DNA of 59,605 nucleotides, counting the filler, from Barthelona sp. PAP020 (Eukaryota): NCBI GenBank assembly GCA_040182905.1. It is 3 parts of 3 records of this genome, joined end to end, with 100 filler letters (N's around TTAATTAATTAA, not from the genome) between each part and the next. Parts side by side here need not be neighbours in the genome. Positions count along the whole stretch, not along the records: positions 39,914 to 59,605 come from JARQWU010000204.1; 2 more parts are not named here. One strand, written 5' to 3'. The notes beneath the pieces are model-generated. The model saw nothing but the letters and a program-made list of their open reading frames with translations, did no database searches and had not been told where the DNA came from. Both the position numbers and the translations under genes were made by a program. This document shows, in pieces, positions 41,476 to 51,787 of this stretch; the stretch's first letter is position 1, and each line of letters starts with the position of its first letter.

Positions 41476-41934
41476 ATTTCTTGATTGATATGATAAAGAA
41501 AAAAGAAAAAATCAATATTACAAAATAAAAGAAATTCAACAGCAAACAACAACAGATTTGATTGGTTAACAGGAAATTGAATGAAATAATCATCATCATT
41601 TGTGGATGATAAATACATTGTTTTTGTTTGACAAAACAGAGATAATGGTTAAAAACAACAAAGAAATTTGGGAATAATTCTTCTGTCAAAAATTTTCAAT
41701 GACTTTTGGTCTTGTGTTATTAATAATAAATTCCTTGTTAAGATAATAACAAAAAGAATGTGAAAAGAAGAGTTTTTGATTTTGAATATTTCTTTTTCAT
41801 TTCATTTCATTTATTTGTGTTACTGATACAGTTTATCTTATCAATGGAGAAATAAACAGCTCAACAAATGCTTCATCTTTTTAAAACTTCTTTAAATTTC
41901 TTTCGACAGACATTTTGATATATTTTTGAGTTGG

Positions 41935-44900
41935 ATGAATGTCTTTGTATTATTTAATATTTTATTGATATATGGTTTTTATTTGGCGAAATGTAACAAA
42001 GAAAATACGCTGAAATTATCTATTGTTCAAACAACTGATATTCATGGTTGGGTGTACGGAAATAAGAATTATCATGTAGGAAAGGGTGATTATGCAATAT
42101 TTAATGCATTCTATCGTGAGTATAGAGATAGGATGAAAAAAGAATATCCTGACACTGAAGTTTTATTATTTGATTCTGGAGATTGCACACAAGGTACTGG
42201 TTTATCAGATAAACAGGAACCTCATGGTGAATTTATTTTGGAATCTGTATTATATGTCCCATATAATTACAGTACTATTGGTAATCATGAATTAGATGAA
42301 TCAACAATGTTGTATGTACGTGATAAATGGTCTTTTCCAAAAGGAAATAGATATATAAATACAAACGGGTATTTTCTAGGGCAAGATGGAGGAGATAGGT
42401 ATTCTATTGGCAAAAGGTATGATTGGATGAAGATTAAAAATGTTGATATACTTGTTTTAGGATTTGTTGATCCTCCTTCCAGCTATTGTACAGATATTGT
42501 TCAAATTGACATCGTTTTCGATAGTTTTTTGGAGGCTGAAATTCAGGAGCAAGTTAAAAAGGCTCAAATTGTTATTTTAAATTTACACATTGGCATTGGT
42601 GAGACTGAAAAGAGTTATAAGAAGTTCCGGACTTTTTTTCAGGCGAATTATCCAGACACACCTATTATCATTCTTGGTGGTCATTCTCATATGCGTATTT
42701 TTGAATTTAATCCTGAATTTAACGAAGTTGGTCTTGAGAGTGGCAATTATTTGAGAGAATTTGGTATGCTTAATGTATCTTTTACTTCTACTAAACAAGG
42801 CTATCAAATAGTTTCTGCCAGCCATGAATTTATTAACAACGATATTACTCCTTTGAATGAGTTTTTGGGAGAAGATATTGAAAATTTAGTTCAATTCACT
42901 CCAGCTGCTAGACAATTGAGAAGTTATATCAATGAAAAAATTGATTTTTTGAACATTAATAGAAGATACGGTTGTTCACCAATTACTTATTATTCTAATA
43001 GGGCGATTGGCAAAGTTGATTCATTGCCTAATTTGCTTGTTACTGAGGTCTTTCAGAAGAACATTGTTCCAAAGTTGCCGAAATTAGATGACCCACTAGG
43101 TTTTATTATCAATTCAGGAAGTATTCGAGGAAATCTCTATGAAGGTTCGGTTATTGATGATGATATTTTATCCATCAGTCCATTTAGTGATAAATTTGTT
43201 ATTGTTCATGGTTTTTCCGGTCCACAAATAAAAAAAGTGTTGGCTTCTTGGTATTACAATGCTGGAATCAATGATACTGCTGACTCAGTTTCCTTACTTA
43301 TGTCTCGTTATGATTCAGTTAAGATAAGCACAGCTGGATTGCGACATTATCCAGATTTGAACATTTCAATTGAAGAAACTCAAATTGTGTTGAAAGACTC
43401 TTTAGCAGAATATGTTGAACAAAATTTCTATTGCGATGATAACTGTGCAACAGTGATTGATTTATCAAAAGTTTTCAGTACTTTTTCCTTGAAGAATTGT
43501 TCATTGCAGGTTCATATACCTTTAGATAATGTTGCTATCTTTAAAAGCGAGACAGTATTTCAAATGGTGCATTCATTAGGTAAAGACACTTATTATACTT
43601 CATTTGGAGAAGCTAATAATATTATGATAAACCGTACGAAGAGTGGTGAGCCTATTGATATTAAAGCCAAAATATTGCCTATTGTTGTCAATCCCAGTGT
43701 ATTAACATCATCAGATGCTGTTCTTCGTATTTCTGAAAAGGATCAACCTCAAATTGTCACGTTGAATATTCAAGACATTGAGAATCCAATTGGTTTATTT
43801 GTAGTCGATGGTGTAGCTGTTGGAAAGATCAACAGTTTGAAAGTTCCATCAAACACATATCTCGAAGTGTATTTGTTTGATCATTCTTATGAAGGAAAGT
43901 CAGTTAAACTAGTTGAATCCATTTCAAAGCTTATTACTGTTGAACTTGATACTGAAATTACGGTTACTCAATCCCAACTTATACAATTTAGTTTAGAATT
44001 ACCAAATCAATTGTATAACCATCGAATTGTCATTGTTGAAGGAGAAGGCCGTTTTTATTCCATGAATACAGAATCATTGCCATTTCCGAATTCAATTGAT
44101 GGTACAATTTGTACAGACATGTCTGATTGTTATTTAACTGAAGTTTTTACCGTTGCTCATCCTTTCATATGGATTGAGGTTGAGGAAAAAATGATTTTTA
44201 AGGTTGTTTCTTTGGATGTTTCATTTTTGAATCATGAAGAATTATCTGATGTTGTGTATGGAACTTCTTATCAAAAGTTGTTGATGGGTTTTGCTCATAT
44301 TCTTGTGTTTTCGAGCAAAGTTAATTTAGCTGCTGGTTATATTGATTCAAACAATCAGTGGGTAGCTTTGACTGATGGTTCAATTTCACAGAGATACTTC
44401 AATTTCAATAATGTTCCTGAAAATGTTATTATTTACACAAAAATTGTCTCGTCTATTGAGAATAATCAATATTTGTATGTGAAAAATATTGAAACCAATC
44501 AAATTTCAAAAGACTTCTACACCAAAATGACACTTGAAAAAAGAGCTGTCTTTTCTTCTGAAATTGTTAAAGCAGCAATAATCTCATTTCAAAACTTGGC
44601 AAATTTAAAAGGATTTGTGCTTACTAAGGGTTCTATTGAATCACTGGCAAATTTAGATCTCATTGAAATGAGTTCAGAACCAAATCTTTTTTTGTTGAGT
44701 GGAAATATTACATTAGAATTTTATTCTTTGTATGAAATAAGAGATGATACTACTGTTCGAGGTCCTGTTATTCTATTGGCAAAAGAATATTTATACCTTT
44801 GGTTTGGTTACACAGAATGTGTGTTATTTGACGGTTATAAAGCAATTCAGAAAGGTCCTATTTCAAGGGCAATTTTGGAAAAGGGGTTCTTTATCTTTGT

Positions 44901-45576
44901 CAGTGAGGGTTTGATTGAAACAATGCAATATATTCCATTATTGCCATTATATTCAAAATCAACTCCACTTTCCCAAGTTTCCACTGAATTATACTTACAA
45001 AGAAGTTCTTTATTCAGATTTTCTTCGCACAGTGGAATATTATTTTCCAACACAACAAAAGAAACACACAATTCTGTCTTTTATGTTCCTGAATTTTCTA
45101 AAATCAACATTAAAGCCAATAATTGGACATTATTACAGACAAGTGGTGAAACTTTTGATCAAACGAGTATTTATAAGGGTTTAAATGACCCAAGTGAGTT
45201 CAATACCGCAATTGTTGTTCAAAAAGTTAATCTTTCGAGGGGTTTGCACAATTTACCTGCATCTGCTTGTGAAACAGTTATTTCTTTTATGGACAATGAA
45301 GCCAAATTTAATTTATTGTTTCCCTTTTCCAATAATTCGTTCTTTTTGGAAAATGAACACGAAATTTTTGTCACTTTTGCGTGTTCTGCTCCAAAAATAC
45401 CAATATCTTTAATTTTATTAATTATTTTTATTGTTATTGTCTTGATTGGTGGGTTGTATGTCTGTTGCTCTGATTCTGAAAAGAAAAATCAATATAATGA
45501 TAATTTCATGGATTTAAATAGTAATTTAGCTCCAATAGATCAGTATCTAGTGAATAATGAAGAAATCATTGTCTAA
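41935..45576 (+). CDS. Membrane-anchored 5'-nucleotidase-family metallophosphoesterase with a long ectodomain extension
   Basis: Signal peptide (ATG at 41935). Motifs TTDIHGW, DSGDCTQGTGLSD, GNHE and GGHSH, the 5'-NT C-domain (INSGSIRGNL, SPFSD), and a C-terminal TM ISLILLIIFIVIVLIGGLYVCC. Confidence 0.85.
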   Translation: MNVFVLFNILLIYGFYLAKCNKENTLKLSIVQTTDIHGWVYGNKNYHVGKGDYAIFNAFYREYRDRMKKEYPDTEVLLFDSGDCTQGTGLSDKQEPHGEFILESVLYVPYNYSTIGNHELDESTMLYVRDKWSFPKGNRYINTNGYFLGQDGGDRYSIGKRYDWMKIKNVDILVLGFVDPPSSYCTDIVQIDIVFDSFLEAEIQEQVKKAQIVILNLHIGIGETEKSYKKFRTFFQANYPDTPIIILGGHSHMRIFEFNPEFNEVGLESGNYLREFGMLNVSFTSTKQGYQIVSASHEFINNDITPLNEFLGEDIENLVQFTPAARQLRSYINEKIDFLNINRRYGCSPITYYSNRAIGKVDSLPNLLVTEVFQKNIVPKLPKLDDPLGFIINSGSIRGNLYEGSVIDDDILSISPFSDKFVIVHGFSGPQIKKVLASWYYNAGINDTADSVSLLMSRYDSVKISTAGLRHYPDLNISIEETQIVLKDSLAEYVEQNFYCDDNCATVIDLSKVFSTFSLKNCSLQVHIPLDNVAIFKSETVFQMVHSLGKDTYYTSFGEANNIMINRTKSGEPIDIKAKILPIVVNPSVLTSSDAVLRISEKDQPQIVTLNIQDIENPIGLFVVDGVAVGKINSLKVPSNTYLEVYLFDHSYEGKSVKLVESISKLITVELDTEITVTQSQLIQFSLELPNQLYNHRIVIVEGEGRFYSMNTESLPFPNSIDGTICTDMSDCYLTEVFTVAHPFIWIEVEEKMIFKVVSLDVSFLNHEELSDVVYGTSYQKLLMGFAHILVFSSKVNLAAGYIDSNNQWVALTDGSISQRYFNFNNVPENVIIYTKIVSSIENNQYLYVKNIETNQISKDFYTKMTLEKRAVFSSEIVKAAIISFQNLANLKGFVLTKGSIESLANLDLIEMSSEPNLFLLSGNITLEFYSLYEIRDDTTVRGPVILLAKEYLYLWFGYTECVLFDGYKAIQKGPISRAILEKGFFIFVSEGLIETMQYIPLLPLYSKSTPLSQVSTELYLQRSSLFRFSSHSGILFSNTTKETHNSVFYVPEFSKINIKANNWTLLQTSGETFDQTSIYKGLNDPSEFNTAIVVQKVNLSRGLHNLPASACETVISFMDNEAKFNLLFPFSNNSFFLENEHEIFVTFACSAPKIPISLILLIIFIVIVLIGGLYVCCSDSEKKNQYNDNFMDLNSNLAPIDQYLVNNEEIIV

Positions 45577-45751
45577 AAATTAATTATAAATTAAAAACCT
45601 TTTTTTTTCAAACTTTTGTTCATTTTATAGTGTTAATAACCAAGTTACAATTATTTAATAAATTCTAAAAAAGGAAATAATTTCAGGAAGATTGTTGAAT
45701 AAATGAATGAAAATTGAAATTGAAAGCAATTATTTTTTTTGACATTAATCA

Positions 45752-47239
45752 ATGACAGCATCTGATATTTCATCAGATGAAATTAAGAAAAAACAAAGAA
45801 TTCGAGAATTTGCTTTGAATGAATTGGTTGATTCTGAGATTTTCTATTTTCGAAATTTATGTATTCTTGAGAGTTGTTTGTTAGAACCATTTATTGATTT
45901 TTTGTATGAAAGAAGTGAATGTCCTCCCAATTTTAAAGCTATTCATGATAGTTTGATAGATATTATTAATTTATCAGAAACATTATTGAAAACTTGGGGT
46001 TGTTTAAAAGAAAAAACTATCAAAGAAATGTCTTTTGAACCACAAATAAAGTTCGATTTGTACAAAAAAATAGATTTAGATATTAGTATAAACTCTTCCA
46101 AAATTATCAAAGAATTGCATGACATTGGTCCTTTTTTTAAACAATATTCTGTGTATTTGGATTTACATTGGCAATCTTCTGATTTATTTCAAGAAATTTT
46201 TTCATACAGCAGTGCAAATGACAAGTCTAAATTTTTAATTAATTTGGAAAAGAACCCTTTATGTGATGGCCTAGATATTCATAGTTTTTTAATTTTGCCT
46301 GTTCAAAGGATTCCACGGTATGTTTTGTTATTGGAACGTATTTTGAAAAATACTCTTTCAAATGATGAATTGTATGAACCTTTAGAATCCACTTATCATT
46401 TATTGGAAGAAATAGCTCAAAATGTAAATTCACAAATGGCTGATATTGACAGTTCGATGCAATTAATATCATTATATCGTAAAATACAAGGCGCTACAGA
46501 ATCGATTTTAAAACCACATAGAAAAGTGTTGAAGATCGATAAAGTATCAAAAATGACCAGAAAAGGAGCTTTTCAAGAAAGACAATTGGTCCTCTTTAAT
46601 GATGCATTGCTGTATTGTTATACAGATTGGGGGTTTGGTCGTTTGGTTTATCTTCATTCTATTGAATTATTGGAAGATCAAGCAAAAGGTTCAGATTTGG
46701 GCTTTACCATTCAAGCCCCTTCAAAGAGTTTCACTATTTATTGTGAAACTCTTGAAGAAGCTACTGAATGGAAAGAAGCCATTGCTAATGCTATTGTGGA
46801 ATGTCAAAATGGTGATATCACAGAAAAGTCTGAGGAACGAGCAGGAATTTGGTTACCTGATGATCAATATGAGAATTGTATGATATGTGATAAACCTTTC
46901 AGTCGATTATTTAGATGGAAACATCATTGTCGTCTTTGTGGATGGGTATTATGTGATTCATGTTCTTCTTTTCGGTTGAATGATTTGAAGCAATTCAATG
47001 GTGAAAGTGTTCGTGTTTGTAAAGATTGTTATTTGTTAGGAAAAAATTCTCACGTTGATAGTGATCAATTGGTAGAAATTAAAAGTCCTTTAAAAATCAT
47101 GAAAGAAAGTAGTTTTGAGGAAATTCAAGAGACTGAAGATGATGTTAACAATGAGCTTAAAGCTGAATTAGAAGAAATTTCCAAATTAAACACAAATAAC
47201 ATAGTTTCAGAGATGGATTCAAATTCAAAAGATTTATGA
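45752..47239 (+). CDS. FGD-like RhoGEF (DH-PH-FYVE)
   Basis: DH (ELVDSEIFY, LILPVQRIPRYVLLL), PH (ERQLVLFNDALLY, EWKEAI) and FYVE (WLPD, KHHCRLCG, RVC). Confidence 0.92.
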   Translation: MTASDISSDEIKKKQRIREFALNELVDSEIFYFRNLCILESCLLEPFIDFLYERSECPPNFKAIHDSLIDIINLSETLLKTWGCLKEKTIKEMSFEPQIKFDLYKKIDLDISINSSKIIKELHDIGPFFKQYSVYLDLHWQSSDLFQEIFSYSSANDKSKFLINLEKNPLCDGLDIHSFLILPVQRIPRYVLLLERILKNTLSNDELYEPLESTYHLLEEIAQNVNSQMADIDSSMQLISLYRKIQGATESILKPHRKVLKIDKVSKMTRKGAFQERQLVLFNDALLYCYTDWGFGRLVYLHSIELLEDQAKGSDLGFTIQAPSKSFTIYCETLEEATEWKEAIANAIVECQNGDITEKSEERAGIWLPDDQYENCMICDKPFSRLFRWKHHCRLCGWVLCDSCSSFRLNDLKQFNGESVRVCKDCYLLGKNSHVDSDQLVEIKSPLKIMKESSFEEIQETEDDVNNELKAELEEISKLNTNNIVSEMDSNSKDL

Positions 47240-47392
47240 ATATGAACATGGTACATGTTGCTTTCTGTTGCAACATTAAATTAAAATCAAATTTTGAAAT
47301 ATTAGGCAAAGCAAATATCATATATTTGCATCATTTTTTTTTAATATAAACAAAAATAAAACAATTTTTTCTTTATTTTTGACATGTAGAAT

Positions 47393-49156
47393 TTACACTT
47401 TGGGAACATAATTGACGTTGGTTTGCCAGGGAGTGTGATCAGTGAATTGAATAACTTTATGTGAACTTGTAGCTTGCTTGATGCTGTCATATTGTTCATC
47501 AAAACCAGGATATTTGTTCCTATTAATCTCATAAGAACTTTCAGAAAATTCAATATCCATTGATGTGACCCAAGTGAATCCGTAATTGGCATCAACTTTT
47601 TCAACATAATCATAAGGTAAGAAATAATAACCACATGAAGCTTGATCATTGATTCCTTTGTTAATAACAGTATCATTGGGAGTAAATACTTTGGTGAGTT
47701 CATCAAAAATAACGGGAGGATAGCAAACATCAACAATTTCTCCACTTTCTGTGTCTTTTTCCTTGAAACATGGGATAGTAAGTTCACCATTATAAGTTTT
47801 AGTGTGGTCAAAATAGTATTTTTTGCTAGAATTACAATTAACTACAGTATTAATTAAAGAAGGTGTTGCAGGAGTCAAACATGTCAATTCAGTAGCAGGT
47901 CTTAACTTATAAAGATCATCTGTCTCATGATTAAGAGGAACCCATTCACGAGGAGATTTAATATTGGGACACAAGTATTGATCATCTCGTTTGGAAATCT
48001 TATGAGCATAAAACTCCTTGGAATGTGAGTTATCTTCACCCCAGGAATTCAAAACAATGAATCCTCCTTTATGAATGGTATTTTCGCCAATAGTAACTTG
48101 ATGTGAATCTGAATATCCAACCAAAAGCATAGCATGTGCACCACTGCCTTGTAAACCTTCTTCTTTAACATAAAACATACCATCAGAAGTTGAACGACGT
48201 CTAAATGAGGCACAATAATCAGAACCATAACCAGCAGGACATTTGGTTTTTTTCTCTTTGCATTCATCTGTTTCAGAATATCCATCGACATTACAAGAAA
48301 CATAATGAGTGTTAGTCACAATTTCAGTTACAATTGGGAGGGCAACATCAGCATTTCTTAAAGCACGCTTCATATCTTCAACAGTATAATGTACCTGGAG
48401 ATTGGAAACAATGTATTGTAATGGATTTTTGGTGAGATAATCATCCATACCAGGGCAAACAGTATCATTTCCAGGATTAGGAATATATGGACATGTCTCA
48501 AGCTCAGGAACGAGTTTTGTTCCTAAATAAGAATTGAACAGATATAACCAAGCAGGGTAACCATCAGTATCATCCTTACCAAACCTTTCAGGAGTATCAG
48601 GGCATTCTTCTGGGTTTTCTGAACAATAACGAAGATAATTAATACCATTTCCTTGAACTGAAAACTTAACAAATTGTTCAGGACTTAAATAACCACTATC
48701 AACACCTTGTTTTTTATAATTAGCCTCTAAGACTTCAATTGATGAAAATAACCAACAAGTTCCACGATGATGTTGATTATCAACCAAAGAAGGTACATTT
48801 TGAGTTATAAATTCTGAAGGAAGGGTCATGGTTGTCAGTGAAGCTAAGGCTTGATCTAATTCCATCTTATTTTCAGCCATTTTTTGTATAAAATTATCAT
48901 ACAATTCTGCACTATCTTCTTTAAGTTTATTTAATATTGGTGATTCAACATATTTCCAATGATGATTGAAATCCATTCGGATGGAAGATTGACCGCTATA
49001 AACTAAATTTTGTTTCGTATAGATGTTGAATACAACAAAACCCAATCCAAAAAGGGCGATAATAATAAGAACAAGTGATACACACAAAAGATTCACAAAT
49101 GGTTCTTTTTTTTGTTCATTATCATATGCCGAAGGTAACAAAAGATCAGAAGACAT
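47393..49156 (-). CDS. Papain-family (C1) cysteine peptidase with an N-terminal signal anchor
   Basis: Catalytic motifs NQHHRGTCWLFS, GAHAMLLVGY and VLNSWG. TM near the N-terminus. First ATG at 49156. Confidence 0.88.
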   Translation of the reverse strand: MSSDLLLPSAYDNEQKKEPFVNLLCVSLVLIIIALFGLGFVVFNIYTKQNLVYSGQSSIRMDFNHHWKYVESPILNKLKEDSAELYDNFIQKMAENKMELDQALASLTTMTLPSEFITQNVPSLVDNQHHRGTCWLFSSIEVLEANYKKQGVDSGYLSPEQFVKFSVQGNGINYLRYCSENPEECPDTPERFGKDDTDGYPAWLYLFNSYLGTKLVPELETCPYIPNPGNDTVCPGMDDYLTKNPLQYIVSNLQVHYTVEDMKRALRNADVALPIVTEIVTNTHYVSCNVDGYSETDECKEKKTKCPAGYGSDYCASFRRRSTSDGMFYVKEEGLQGSGAHAMLLVGYSDSHQVTIGENTIHKGGFIVLNSWGEDNSHSKEFYAHKISKRDDQYLCPNIKSPREWVPLNHETDDLYKLRPATELTCLTPATPSLINTVVNCNSSKKYYFDHTKTYNGELTIPCFKEKDTESGEIVDVCYPPVIFDELTKVFTPNDTVINKGINDQASCGYYFLPYDYVEKVDANYGFTWVTSMDIEFSESSYEINRNKYPGFDEQYDSIKQATSSHKVIQFTDHTPWQTNVNYVPKV

Positions 49157-49375
49157 TTTCAAAAAGAGAAAAAAAGTTGGAATTTTTTTACTTCAAAATG
49201 CGGAATGTTGTCAAAAACAAAAAAAGCTTTTTTTTTTTGAAAATGTAACTTTGGTATTATTAATCAAAATTTATTCATAAAGATTGTCACAAAAAGAATG
49301 TTGGAAATAAAATTTGACAAATTCGGAAAATTTTCTCAACTTTTCCAAACTTTTTGAAAAAATCTTAGTTCTATT

Positions 49376-49479
49376 TTTCTATGATGAGCATTTCACGGAA
49401 GGAGACTTCCTAAGATTTGATAGGGACATCAAGAGCCATACCTTACCTTTGGCAATGGTGATTTAATCTTTCTGAGAAT
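49376..49479 (+). ncRNA. Candidate box C/D snoRNA
   Basis: Box C ATGATGA (49381-87), box D CTGA (49472-75) and a short terminal stem TTCT/AGAA. Internal hairpin GGAAG-GAGA-CTTCC. The pre-D guide TTTAATCTTT is complementary to the conserved 18S segment AAAGAUUAAG. Confidence 0.6.
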
Positions 49480-49725
49480 TTTTTTAGAACTCAATTCAAT
49501 CATAATATTTATAATAAAGTAGATTTGTTTCAATGGACAATTTGTATTTAATCAAATCAATTATGGGTTGCCCTTTCAAGAGGAATATTTGGGGAATAGA
49601 CATTTATGTATATTAAAAACATCACATGTTTACAATGATAAATGTGTTAAAACGGAAGAGAAATATATAAATCTGACACGCCAACAAAACAAGTAGAGAA
49701 ATTTTTTTTATCAATTTGCAATTTT

Positions 49726-51534
49726 ATGAAAATTCGTTGGAAAGGTATTTTAAAATCGATAATCATTGTCATATTGACCGTGATAACAATGTTAATATTG
49801 GGCTTCTTTGGCGAAGATGATGACCATACGATTGAACATTTTAAATTGAATGACACTGTTACTTTTACAACCACATCATTATTTTCGTTTGGTTCTAAAA
49901 TGCCCATGGCTTTTTCTTCATTACCTATCGGCTGTGGAGATTTTTCACCCGTTGTGGAAAAAGAGCCGTCTTTTGTTGATATTTTAACTTTTACAACTCC
50001 TTACACGACACCATTTTTATTTGATTTCAAGAAAAATAATTATAAAATTACTCCAACATCTTGTCCTGTTGTGGATGTTGATATGTTAAAATTTCTGATT
50101 GATAATGAATATAATATGCGATTATTTGTTGGTTCGTTGCCAGTAATTTATGAATTGGGTAATAAAACGACTGAATCAATTCCAATTGGACATAAAAGTG
50201 GTGATACATACTATTTACACACAAGTTTTTATTTCACAGTACATACAAGGGAGATTGAGAAAGATGTTTTGATACCTATTACTGTGAAAGCTGTAGTTTT
50301 AAATGATTTTTATATGATAGGGAATCCAGAAAATGTTGAGTATTCTGCTACATTTGGTCAAATTATTCATGGACCAACGGACCCTGAATATCCAATTTCT
50401 CGAAGATGGAGTCAATATTCTCTAGGATTACCAACTGAAGTTAAATTTGTGTCTTTAGGTACTGGACTCATAATTCAAGCATTATTGTTGCTTTTTGCAT
50501 ACGTTGTATTCAATCGAGCATATCAACGTTCACTTGATAAAACAAAAGAAGAAGAAGAAGAAGATAGTATTTTTTTGACTGAACTCAGTGGTTGGAAAAT
50601 GTTAAAGAGAGATGTTTTTAGACAACCCACCAATGTAAGATTTTTGAATTCGTTAATATCAGTTTGTTTAACCATTTTTGCAACTGTTCTTTTGTCGATT
50701 GCCTGGAATCTGTTTAATGATTTGTCTTACCTTTTTTTAAAGAACGTTTTTATTCCAATTTTTGTGTTTTATATTGTTGCTACCATTATTTCATCATGTT
50801 ATCTTCGATGGAGATCTACTATCAAAGCTTTTTCATTATTATCAAGCTTATTTCATATTTTATCTGTTCCATTTATATTGTTTGTTACTGTGTTGTGTTT
50901 GTTTGTCATAGCAAAATTGCAACATGGAGCTTCAGAACCAAATCTGTTGTTATTTGTAATTGTTGTCACTTTAATAATAGTTAGTATATTCCCTCATGCT
51001 ATTGGTGTTTTATTGGGTTCATTTTTACCTGAAATAAAAGCTCCTATTGTTTCAGCTGATCTTAAAAGACCTATTCCAAAGCAACCATGGTTTTTAAACA
51101 AAGTAACACCCTTTATTTTAGGAATTATTCCTTCTTTCATTATTTTTGCTGATATCGTTTCATTTTTGGTTGATTTTGTCAATGGAAACAGTTTCTCAAT
51201 TTCAATAACTTTCATTTTATTGTTATTTTTATTGTATATTTGCACAATTGTAATCCTTACAGTAATTTATGTGTATTACTGTTTGAATAGGGAGAATTAT
51301 CAATGGCAATGGAACAGTTTTTTTGTTGGTGCTTCAACAGGAATTTATTTGTTTTTGGGTATTCTTTATTTTATTTTGAGGTATACCCAAATTTTTGATT
51401 TTACCATGTTTGTTTGGTGTGCTTTATTTACAATGTTAGGTTCTCTTTTTGTTGGATCTATTTCTGCTTTTGTATCATTTACCTCCGCTGAAGTTTTTGT
51501 TCATCATCTTTATACTTCTGTTTCGTTCAAATAA
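49726..51534 (+). CDS. Nonaspanin / EMP70 / TM9SF family protein
   Basis: Luminal N-domain followed by multiple TMs. Motifs SGWKMLKRDVFR, RPIPKQPWF, YYCLNRENYQWQWNSF and the C-terminal LYTSVSFK. Confidence 0.9.
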   Translation: MKIRWKGILKSIIIVILTVITMLILGFFGEDDDHTIEHFKLNDTVTFTTTSLFSFGSKMPMAFSSLPIGCGDFSPVVEKEPSFVDILTFTTPYTTPFLFDFKKNNYKITPTSCPVVDVDMLKFLIDNEYNMRLFVGSLPVIYELGNKTTESIPIGHKSGDTYYLHTSFYFTVHTREIEKDVLIPITVKAVVLNDFYMIGNPENVEYSATFGQIIHGPTDPEYPISRRWSQYSLGLPTEVKFVSLGTGLIIQALLLLFAYVVFNRAYQRSLDKTKEEEEEDSIFLTELSGWKMLKRDVFRQPTNVRFLNSLISVCLTIFATVLLSIAWNLFNDLSYLFLKNVFIPIFVFYIVATIISSCYLRWRSTIKAFSLLSSLFHILSVPFILFVTVLCLFVIAKLQHGASEPNLLLFVIVVTLIIVSIFPHAIGVLLGSFLPEIKAPIVSADLKRPIPKQPWFLNKVTPFILGIIPSFIIFADIVSFLVDFVNGNSFSISITFILLLFLLYICTIVILTVIYVYYCLNRENYQWQWNSFFVGASTGIYLFLGILYFILRYTQIFDFTMFVWCALFTMLGSLFVGSISAFVSFTSAEVFVHHLYTSVSFK

Positions 51535-51787
51535 ATGTTAATAGTTTTTTTTTCTTTTTTAGGTTTTATTTTATTTTATTGTATTATGGTTTTATGAGAG
51601 TAACAAGATCGTTCAATGGAGTCAAAAAAGATAAAAGACCCTTCATTGCAAATTAACATTTTTTGCTTTTTTTTTTGAATTACTGTTTGATATATAATGT
51701 TTATGAAAGTGAAGCAATTTATTAATTTATAAAATTGAAAATGATATCTCAGTCAAAAAATGTCACAACACTGTTTTTTTTTTTGAA

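Noticed and set aside
49439..49449. U1-like ATACCTTACCT
   Set aside because: It lies inside the C/D snoRNA candidate, not at a 5' end, and no U1 stem-loops or Sm site follow.
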